64,000 nt of DNA, taken from assembly GCA_011109175.1 (NCBI GenBank), contig RDEW01000004.1, positions 396,030 to 460,029 on the forward strand, given 5' to 3'. The notes under the pieces are model-generated. The model was not told where the DNA came from. It ran no database searches and saw only the letters and a list, made by a program, of their open reading frames with translations. Below, piece by piece: positions 1 to 9,452 of the stretch. This DNA is from Dicyema japonicum (lineage: Eukaryota; Animalia; Dicyemida). The first letter of the stretch is position 1. The number at the start of each line of letters is the position of its first letter. Made by a program: the position numbers and the translations under genes.

Positions 1-510
1 GTGATGCCGATAATGGAAACAAAATTCAATTCAACAAGTTGAGATTTTCGTTTACAAAAATATCAAAAATGAAAAATCTCTAATTGAAGTGGGCATTACT
101 TCTCAGGATCATCTCAAACAAGCTGAGGTCGAGAAGTGCCACAAGTATGACTTTCTCTTTTTTGCAATTGTCAAGTAAAGACTATCTCACTGGTTATGGA
201 GTTGTCTTGAAAAGCTTCACGAATTATATGGATAAGCTATCTATTGAAGGAGCAACGAGGACTTACATCCAATCAGTTGTGTTGAAAGGACTCTCGAAAT
301 CATGCTAATTGAACACAAACACAAGGTGACCGTCTCCGATGAAGAGTTTACCTTTCTTTCTACCAGCTTGTAGAGATGACATGTACTAGTCGTGAGGACA
401 TTCCATTGAATGCTAACAGAGAGATAATGACTGACTCTGATGTGGAGATTGGGAATAAGAGTAAGTTAGCGACAAACTCCTATTCCAAGAGAAGGGGAGT
501 GATTACCAAC
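1..510 (+). mobile_element. R4/Dong-like RLE non-LTR retrotransposon, decayed 3' end
   Basis: Frameshifted IEVGITSQDHLKQAEVEKCHKYD...TYIQSVVLK is the restriction-like endonuclease C-terminus. A homologous copy including the 3' UTR lies at 48890-49330 (-). Confidence 0.75.
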
Positions 511-737
511 AATTATATTTACTGGATTTAGTTAAAATGTATTTTTATAGTCAACTTTAAGTATTCAACGCCTTGTGTATTTTTGCTGAAAGAATCCTTC
601 CAACATTGATTTAAGAAAGACTTATCAACAAGTACCCACCTTCAAACTCTATCAAATTTTATTTTGGGGGTTCTCGATTCAAAGCTCAGACACAATAAAA
701 CTTTGTTGTGTACAATTTATATCTACAGGGCTTTTAG

Positions 738-2040
738 CAGGGCTGTGGAGTCAGTAAATATAGCAGGACTCCGACTCCTCAAATATTATTTCTTCGGCTC
801 CGACTCGGTTATTATATAAAAAATTCAGACGTTGTAGGAATAACAGAAAAAAGAAAAAAACATTTAGAAAAAAAATTTAACTATTATTTTTTGAAATAAT
901 ATAGCTTCGACCAGGTCTTCCTTCGTAGAAGCTCAAAGGTCTGATTTGATAAATTTTATCCCAGAAAACAGCCTTTCTACGCTGACTTGTGTAGGAGGTA
1001 AAGCAAAAGATATCATAGCTGATTTTTTGATAGCTTCAGGGTAATACTCAATAAGATCATGAAGTACTATTTGACAAGTTGCAATTTTGAATTCAAAGGC
1101 TTTAAGTGGCTGGTTTTAATTCGTTTTGCACTTTCACAAATAATTTTCGAAATCGTCATTCGACGATAGGAACTGGGTTCAATTTGAATGTCAATATTAT
1201 ATGAATATGATCCTCACATTCTTCTATGTTTTGTGATTCCAGTCTCTTGATTTTTAGTTCAAGGTCAAATAATCCCATTTTCGCTAAATTTACCTGTTCA
1301 TCCGGTAAGAGCACTCGGTTCCTTGGATCAACATGAAGCTAACAGAATGTCATTGTTTAGCAATTGAGCTTCTCTTTTTTCCATTGAAATTGTAATTACT
1401 TTTAAAATCAATCCTCCGTTTTTGGAATTTATTAAATTTTTCCATTCCCATAGAAATGATCCACCTGTTAAATCTTCCGCCTGTAACCGTTTTGTAGTTT
1501 GGAAAAAAGGATATAAAACATATTCCAATTCTATAAGTTCTTCCCATTGCTTTTCAGTTAGTGAAATGTTTTGGTTGTCAATCAATAAATGACTTTAATT
1601 CAATTAATCGACGAATTATAAGGTATGTGCTTCCCCAGCGTGTTGCCTGATCAAGTATATCCCCGCTCTTCGTTGTAGAATATTATCAATCTTGGATGTA
1701 CGTGCTGATACAGATATTTGTCGGTATATATTGATTATCCCTGCAATATAAGGATCTTTTAAGCCATCTCTTATAGCCAATTGTGGTGTGTGTACTGCAC
1801 ATCGGATTTGGCACAACATTGTAGCTACTTCAGTGATGTCATCTAATATATCATCAGAATCATGATTTTCTTCAACATCTCTCTGGGTTCTATTATTTAT
1901 CTTGGCAATTAATTTTATCATGTTCGCAGCATTGTCAGTAACTATGCACAGCATCTTACGTAAGAAGAAGTAAGATGATATCCAATAACCTCAAAAAAGT
2001 TTTGTAACCTTTACTGTTCAACTTTGGCTAAGAAAATCAT
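738..2040 (-). mobile_element. hAT DNA transposon remnant (family 1) with one terminal repeat
   Basis: Transposase motifs CIVTDNAANM, RCAVH, DQATRWGSTYL and the hATC dimerisation motif ALPPTQVSVERLFSG, with stops and frameshifts. Terminus CAGGGCTGTGGAGTC at 738 with GACTCCGACTC subterminal repeats. Confidence 0.85.
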
Positions 2041-2044
2041 ATTC

Positions 2045-2645
2045 ACGGAGAATTAGTGACCTTTTTGATGCAAGAGTCGGTTGATGGAATGAGAAAATCA
2101 GATATTTTTACAGTGGCACTTGTGAGGTAGTAATAAAAATGCTACTCCTATTAGTTTGAGATGCTTATTATACGAATGACTTAATAAAAAGTTGTTATTG
2201 GAAAATTCGTGAGTTAATAAAAAATTTGCCACGATATTTTCTAGTAAAAGCCTTAACCTTTTAATGACCTTTCGAACTAAACGCGATCTTAGTATTTTAT
2301 TTGAAATCTCTAAAAAATTTAAAAAATCAATAAAATTTTGAATCTTATTGACCTAAAAAATTAAATTTTGACGTTTCGAGCCTTTTAAATTCAAATTTAA
2401 TTTTTTTAAATTTTTTGATAATTCAAATTTTATTAAGGAAAGAAAAGAGAGTAAACAGTTTATATAGCGGGTGCCCTGCGTGGCTATTCCCTCTGAAGAG
2501 AGCAAGCGAAATTCGCTCAAATAACCAGCAGCGTTCACGAGGGTCTTCTGTTCGTGTAGTGATCCGATTCCCTAGACCGCCTTTTAATATAATACTTTAT
2601 TAAAAAATTTAAAAAACATGAATTTTTGAAAAAAATCGTTTACTA
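2045..2645 (-). mobile_element. hAT-like family 2 left end and transposase N-terminal remnant, interrupted by a CRE fragment
   Basis: The reverse complement matches 35249-35800 and 54667-54750 (AT-rich subterminal block and RKY..F.INSR coding remnant). Confidence 0.55.
2445..2580 (-). mobile_element. CRE-like retrotransposon 3' fragment
   Basis: Near-identical to 13670-13805; encodes LGNRITTRTEDPRERCWLFERISLA. Confidence 0.8.
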
Positions 2646-2772
2646 ATAAAGTTGACCTAATCAATATGTAAATTGAGGACACAGTTTTACACAAATGTAA
2701 CATATTTTTCATAAATTATCAAATTATGTTGTTCACAAATTATTTATTAGACTCTTAGAACAACACAAGGAA

Positions 2773-5217
2773 ATGATAGGAAATATTATTGTTGGAATTA
2801 TTCTTATATTTCAATTTGATTGCCTATATCACGTTAAAGACAAGGGTTTGAAAAATGAGGGAACTATCAAAGAGGAGTTTTATCCCAAACAAATTGAAAG
2901 TGGATCCGAATATTTTTCATTTTATAAAATAAAAATAAATGGAATAACCAAAACTCTGAGATTATCCCCAAGAAATAAAATGAATAATTGCATCAATGAG
3001 GGATCACTAATAAACTACTCCAACTCTTCCGCACTCATTGATGTTTGCAATGGACTGGTGAACATTCATGTCACATCTAGATAGGATACATCTCACTCAA
3101 TGAAGAAACATTCTTCATAGAACCTAAGGATCATTCAAACTTGTCAATCTTGAGTTTACACGTTTCGTACAAACAAAACCAATTTTTCGAAAACTTGAAC
3201 GATTTAAGCATCAATAGTTTCCATTAAATTTACTTAAATCAGAAAGATCCGCCGATTCTGATATATTCATGACCTCAGACTATCATCCCATGCAACTTGA
3301 CTTGATGATCAGAGTTGAGTCAGCAGATAGTAAGGACTTTGCAAAAATTCTCAAAATGATGCCTCTGATCATAGAGATGGTAAAACTGTGAATAACCGTA
3401 GACCAATGTATTGATGCACAAACATTCCCTCGGACAATTCTTTTTATTAAATGTCGTCAAAACATACACACATGTTTATTAAACTTTATTTCTAGGTCCT
3501 TCAAGGGAGTGAAAAAAGTTATAACAGCGCTTTTGACTTGTACGACTGTGAACGAGACAGAAATATTGACCATGACATCTTATTGAAGATTACAACGTGG
3601 GAATATAATTTATTTTTAACAGAAAACAGCTTAGAAAGCAAAATATTCTTGGGACTTCACCATTAAATGCAATTTGTAGTGCGAATAAGTGCATGATCGC
3701 TAAATTTGCTGGACTGGGATTACCTGATACCTTAGCTCATGAGATTGGACATTTGTTTCATTAGAAATTATTTTATTAGTCTTGGAATATTCCACGATGA
3801 CCAATTAAAACCTCCATGTCGTGGATCAGACATAATGCGATCATATTCCGGCTTAGACGTCACTGCTACGTGGTCTTCCTGTTCAAAAAAACAAATGCTA
3901 AAAAATCTAAAGTATCTTTGCTTATATAACTTGAGAATACCCTCAAAGATTGAATGTATGAAGAAACTGGAAACGAAACGATTCAGAGCTGTTAGAATGT
4001 TGACCGACACTGGCGTCAATATGGATGACCAATGCACCACGACTGGATATTCTTTGTTCAAATCTCCATCCTTACAAGTATAATTTATAAATATATTCAG
4101 AACACGTGTTTTGGAGAGTGCAGAAAGAACATAGGGAACTACTTTTATTCTTATGATGTTAATTTCGTTGATGGAACGAAATGCCATGAAAACAAAGTTT
4201 GAATGTATAAATATTGAAAGATTTGTAAACTCGGCAAATGTCTATATATTCAACCTCTTCTTCCCTTCATTGACGGTGGGTTCGGGCCTTGGACTGATTT
4301 CAGTGATTGTGGTAAGTGTGGACTCTCTGTTTCCACGAGGAGTCGCAAATGCAACAATCCTGTGTAATCTATGTGATTTTCAAAGTCAGACCCTCTGATG
4401 GAGCAAATTACTGTGATGGACCTTTCGAAGAGTTCAAATTATGTAAAAAACCGGTCTTGGATTATTTTATATTTACAGGATTGCTCTAAATCAGTCTTGA
4501 ATTCTATTTTAGACTATCAATGTAAAAAACAGGCTGGATATAACACGGCAGTCGATATGAGTTTTTTTTTAAAAAATAAAATATAGAATATAGTTTAGAA
4601 TGTTCGCTATATTGCAAGAAATATAATACTCACCAGTTTGATATTATAGAGGCCGCTTTAGGATCTCCATGTGTGAAACATATGGATTCTAATGGAATCT
4701 GTGCTAACGGAAAATGCTTAGTTCAATTTTTTTAAAGAATTTCAGGTTATTGGATGTGACGGAGTTTTGGGTTCAAATAAAGAAATCGACGTATGCGGAA
4801 TTTGTGGGGGAAATAGCTCCACGTGCAAGTCCTACGTTGGAAAACTCTACCCAACGTTTATTTGTAAAAAAAATTTATTAAAATTCAGCAAAGGATCTAT
4901 ACAGAGTCGGAATGTTTCCTGTGGGATCCTGGGGAATTCAATTGACGACTCGTGTTCGAATCGTGCATTATTTTGTATTCGAATATGGAAAACACGTGAC
5001 TAATATAATTGATAATAGACCAACAAGAGACTCAGAAATACTCTAAAAATCGATAACATTGTAATTAAACAAACGAATGGATATGGTCATACTATCAAAA
5101 TAGAGGGCAAGCTCACTCACAACATGAATGTTTATGTTATTTTGGTTGTGTAATGTTTAGTTATCAATTCCCTCAAAATATAACCGTATTGGAGTATTCT
5201 ATGATTATAGAATATGA
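2773..5217 (+). CDS. ADAMTS-like secreted zinc metalloprotease (multi-exon)
   Basis: Signal peptide, prodomain and KR furin site. The spliced zinc motif reads LAHEIGHFLGIFHDD with a DIM Met-turn. Followed by TSP1 (DGGFGPWTDFSDC), the Cys-rich GCDGVLGSNKEIDVCGICGGNSSTC and a spacer ending RIGVFYDYRI*. Many 22-26 nt introns. Confidence 0.85.
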
Positions 5218-5654
5218 TTGATTACTAATATACTAATTTTATTGTTGTTTTAATAAATCCTCTAGTCTTTATTGGAAAACAATTTATTACGAAACAAGAC
5301 AGTCTTCTATAAATATTAACAAATCAACAAATATTCGAGGACGAATCCGTGTTACTCTTAAGGCACACAATATTCAGCCACATATTTTATTGGACAACTA
5401 CTTTTTTCTCACAATGTCCTCGTTACGTGCCAAAGTAAGTCCTATAATTGTCATAAACATTAAGTACTTTTGATTCAGAATTTTGTTTAAAGGAACAGTG
5501 AAATAAGACTATAATATTCAGACATATATTTTTTTGGATAACTACTTTTTTCTCTCAATGTCCTCATTCATTTTCTTCCTTGTAGAAACCTCCTTTGAAT
5601 AATCGTCCTACACTTTCTTTTCAAAAGACTAAACTCTTAATTCATCCGGTCAGT

Positions 5655-5715
5655 GTACCTGTTGGCTATTCGAGCGTATTTCTCTCGCAACCCGAAAGGG
5701 AACTATTTAAATATT
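5655..5715 (+). mobile_element. CRE-like 3' coding fragment
   Basis: Encodes WLFERISLA..KGN, the same motif as the other CRE copies. Confidence 0.5.
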
Positions 5716-5727
5716 CTGAATTAGAAC

Positions 5728-6380
5728 GGCGTCATGACGTTCACCTGTTGTTGTGGTGTCGCTCAGTGAAAGCTCTGGATGGAAGAGAACCGTTTAACAT
5801 TCCTACTCTTCTATGACTTCAGAATGGTCGCCTATAAATTTCCCCGTTTTCTCTTTACTACTTCTGTCTGGTGATGTATAACCTAATCCGGATCTCGACT
5901 CTAAACTGATTGTCTATAATTAAATGTAAATGGAATCCGCAATAAAGTGTTGGAGCTACACTCTCTCTTATATCATTTGAAAGTTGACATTGCCATCATT
6001 CAAGAATCTAAGCTCTCTAGAACATCACCTACCCCTTGTTTTCCTGGATATTATGTAATTCGCAATGTGTGATTGGCTATGCGTGAATTTACTATGTGTC
6101 AACATCAAGTGTCAGTTCAGCCTATTTACTATGGACAGGAGATTCAAAAGTTGACTTGAGATATTCCTCGGAAACATTCCCATTCCTTATAAGATCATTG
6201 GAGTGACATTCGACTCTTATGATGTTTTCCATTCACAAGGAGATCAAACCTTCCCTCTTTTGGACGATCATAAAAAATTGCAGACAAAATCGAAACAAAG
6301 GAGGACGCACTGACACCGGGATCATTTAATTAGACGATAACTGTCTCCTCTTTCCTGTGTTCCCTGGGTTATAATAATAA
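5728..6380 (+). mobile_element. Internally deleted APE-type LINE (Ingi/Vingi-like)
   Basis: Order: 5' head shared with 27840, decayed 2A-like LLLLSGDV*PNPD, APE start (KVDIAIIQESKLS...PGYYVIR), IIGVTFD RT C-terminal piece, then a tail-A 3' end (GGGATCA.TTAATTAG...GGGTTATAATAAT). Confidence 0.7.
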
Positions 6381-6389
6381 TAATCGTGC

Positions 6390-6790
6390 GCACGATTAAA
6401 TATCCCTGTTCTGCTTCAAGATTCACTCTTTCTTCTTCGATGGTGGAGGGTATGAACTTTCTCAGACAAAAGATCATGCGGCATATGCAATCAGACACCA
6501 TATCCATCCCCAGTCTCTTTTAAAAGGCGGCGACGTTGAGAGATGCCAAGGCTTCATACAATATTCAAGGAGCTAGGAAATTCATTCAAGAGAAATCGGC
6601 CCATGAGGAGGAATTCAGTCGGAAATAAAATAAGTGCACTCCGATAGAATTCCCCTGCAGACATAAAAATAGACACTTTTGGAATGCAGTTGGATCGCTG
6701 GTGGAGCATTCGAAGAGAACTCGAAATATGTTGGAGAATGGGATCACTTAATAATTTCTTTCTTAGTAGTCTTGGAGTTTTAGTATAAAA
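6390..6790 (+). mobile_element. Second LINE 3' fragment (tail A)
   Basis: The reading frame ends ENGIT* and is followed by a GGGATCACTTAATAATTTCTTTCTT tail. Confidence 0.5.
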
Positions 6791-6930
6791 AAGGGAAATA
6801 TCTATGCAATCAGAGCTGTGACCACTATGAATTCTATATTTTTCGATGTAACTCAGACTATTTCTCAATAAAATAGTAAATTTTGTTTCATTTACAAATA
6901 AAATCAACAAATATTCAAATAAAACCAAAA

Positions 6931-7496
6931 TCAGGAAATTTGACAATCAGTAAGAGTAGGAACACTTACAATCCCCTTCCCATCGACAAACAGAGTCTCT
7001 CCTCGAAACTTCGCAATGCTATTATTATCAACTCTCAATTCTTGGAGGATATTCTTGTACAGATTAAGATCCCCGTTTGCAAACTTCCCTCTGATCGCCT
7101 CCACGTTATAAAACGATCCACATATCACCTTATCTCCCTCCAACGACCCCCCAGCTGGCAAAAGGGGTTCCACAGTCCCCTCAGAGACTGCACATAACAT
7201 CATCCCCTCAGAAGGGACTCCACGAAGTTTGAGAGTCTTCAAGTTGCAGATAAACACTCCAAGTCTGTTCAGCAGATGAGCGCGTGGGACTGTCGCTCGC
7301 AGTCCCGCACAGATAGACCTATTTTCGGCCTCTCCCACGTTCACCGTCATAGCGTAGAGTTTATCTGCGGAAGGATGGTCAACGATATCAACAATTTTGC
7401 CGACTCTAAAAAATTTAGTTCACTAGAGAACCTCATGTCGAAAAGAGAAATGTCTTTGCATTTTTCCAGATTCTTAGTTTGTTTTGTGTCAGACAT
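6931..7496 (-). CDS. Stand-alone tRNA-binding EMAP-II/OB-fold protein (AIMP1/Arc1p C-domain-like)
   Basis: Removing a 26-nt intron gives DMRVGKIVDIVDHPSADKLY...RSICAGL...CNLKTLKLRGVPSEGMMLCA...VEPLLP..GD; about 180 aa. Confidence 0.85.
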
Positions 7497-7679
7497 TTGG
7501 AAGGCTGTGAATTTGCTGATTTGAGTTTGGAGGGGGATCACTCGTTCTGAAATTAAATATTAGCTCTTACTTCCATTTAGAAAGGATAGTCTGAACAATT
7601 CGTTTAAATAGTAATTGATGTCACCACTAACCATGAACGATGATTTATGAAAATTTTATTATTTTATTTAAATATTATT

Positions 7680-7860
7680 TATTTATTTAATAACCCCGAG
7701 AAGGGAACACCAAGAAACAAGGAGTAAACCAACTAATTAAGTGATCCCGGTACACCTCAAAAGGATCGAGAGGCTTTTCTTATGTTCATCCAGAGTACCC
7801 ACGGCTTTCCTGTATCGACGACGGTCACCTTTCATTAAGATTTGAAGAGGGGTGGGTTTT
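7680..7860 (-). mobile_element. LINE 3' end (tail A)
   Basis: The ORF ends LLRCTGIT*, followed by TTAGTTGGTTTACTCC...CTTGGTGTTCC...GGGGTTATTAAATAAAT. Confidence 0.6.
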
Positions 7861-8014
7861 TCTCCCAATTTAAATATTTTTCTACTTAAAAATCATAAAT
7901 AATTTTTGTTTTGATTTTTATAAATTTCAATTATTATAGTAAAATCGCCAAATTAAACCAATTTTACCAAAGACCCTACAAAGATCTTCCTAAAATAATA
8001 GGATAAAATAAAGC

Positions 8015-8292
8015 CGCGCGGCGCCATGTGGTGTTTCGTGGCTAATTGGTTGAAGTTTCTGTATGTAAGTCTGTTCTTCCTCCCTCTTCCTATTAGAGTG
8101 ACGTCATGTGATCCAACTGTCTAGGTGGCACCAGTGTCAGGCCGGCACGAAAAGGATCATTTTCTCTCCCCCATTCCACTGGAGGGGTTTCCACAACTGC
8201 AATTATGGACGTCTTTACCCCCTTTATGTTGATTCCGGATGGACTCTGTTTCTGTACAAATGGAAACTGGATACATTTTAGTACCGGGGTTT
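8015..8292 (+). mobile_element. SINE-like short element (family S)
   Basis: About 280 bp, alignable end to end with 16944-17240, 25575-25834, 27468-27790 and 45094-45550. Confidence 0.8.
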
Positions 8293-8599
8293 TCCATGGG
8301 CTTATTTTCGGAAAAATTTGGCACATAAAACCGCGGTTTGATTGAGTTGTTTGAAAGTTATTTTATTATACAATTTAGTGATGAAACTATTCATCTTTGA
8401 GGTCACTGATGTAAGCCTCTTGTTCTCAAATGTGTTACCATTGGAAAGATGTTTAATTTATACTAACATATAACATGTATCTGAGTGAGACGTGTTCAGT
8501 ATAATAATTGAATTTATATTAAAATCTGTTTATAATTAATGGTTAATGTGTGGCTTTCTTTAATAGACTATTTAGGTCATCTCAGTTCCCATAGTCTCT

Positions 8600-8826
8600 T
8601 CCTTTCATGTTTTCAAAGAAAACAATTTATTACGAACAAGACAATCAAAATAATCCAGCTGATGGCTGTTCCCTCTGGCAACTGCCAGAGAAATCCATTG
8701 GAACAACCATTCGGTTTTCCGACGCTCGTCTTCGAAATCATAAACCCAAACGATCTTAGAAAAGAGACCGTCTTGGGCCCGAAGACTCCACTTCTCGACA
8801 ATAATGGGCTCAAACATAATTAACAT
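8600..8826 (-). mobile_element. Diverged CRE-like endonuclease C-terminal fragment
   Basis: Encodes FEPIIVE...WLFQWISLAVARGNS. Confidence 0.6.
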
Positions 8827-9106
8827 TAAAACCTCCTAATGTGACAAATTGACTTAATGATTAATTGATTGGAAAGTTGAATTGATAACATCACGATTGA
8901 TGTTTAAATTATTTTCCTGATCACACAACAGATCAGATATATGTAATTTAAAACTAGAGATGTGGCATATGCGTAGATTCCCTCCTGCCACTTGAGAACT
9001 TGACAATATTACTCGTATTCTGGTAAAAGTCTCCTAATCAGATTATCAACACTTTTAACAGAATTTCGTTATGTCAACTTATTAGTAGAAACCAATAAAT
9101 GATATT

Positions 9107-9250
9107 GAATGGAGAATATAATACATGTTTGCCCTTTCTTCCATGCCCGTTGGGTGCCAAAGTGTAGGGAAAAGCAATGTTCTCGAAAATATTATCGGGA
9201 AATCATCACTCAACGTCGATTTTATAGAGTTTGTAAAACTGAATGGAGAT
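9107..9250 (+). pseudogene. Decayed partial duplicate of the dynamin 5' end
   Basis: Aligns to 9471-9660 (TGTTTGCCCTTTCTTCCATG, TGCCAAAGTG.AGGGAAAAGCA.TGTTCT.GAAAATATT), including intron 1, with internal deletions. Confidence 0.8.
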
Positions 9251-9452
9251 CTGACAACAACTGGTGAGTAATGTCTTGAATTATCTACCAAAAATCATGA
9301 ATCGACGAATTCTAATGTGTTTAAATAAAATCATAAAATTGATGCAGCCACGTGGCGAACAAATGGAAAGTAATTAGTGGTATGTATTTGTGTGGTAAGT
9401 TAATTATAAATGATCGAACTTGTATATTTCAGCGCAACCATTCTCTGTAAAA

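Noticed and set aside
3768-4187. Antisense and alternative-frame ORFs over real genes or TEs (e.g. 3768-4187, 6883-7197, 9961-10221, 13860-14375, 29659-29910, 32657-32917, 53392-53670)
   Set aside because: They are shadows of the opposite-strand coding sequence with no independent evidence.
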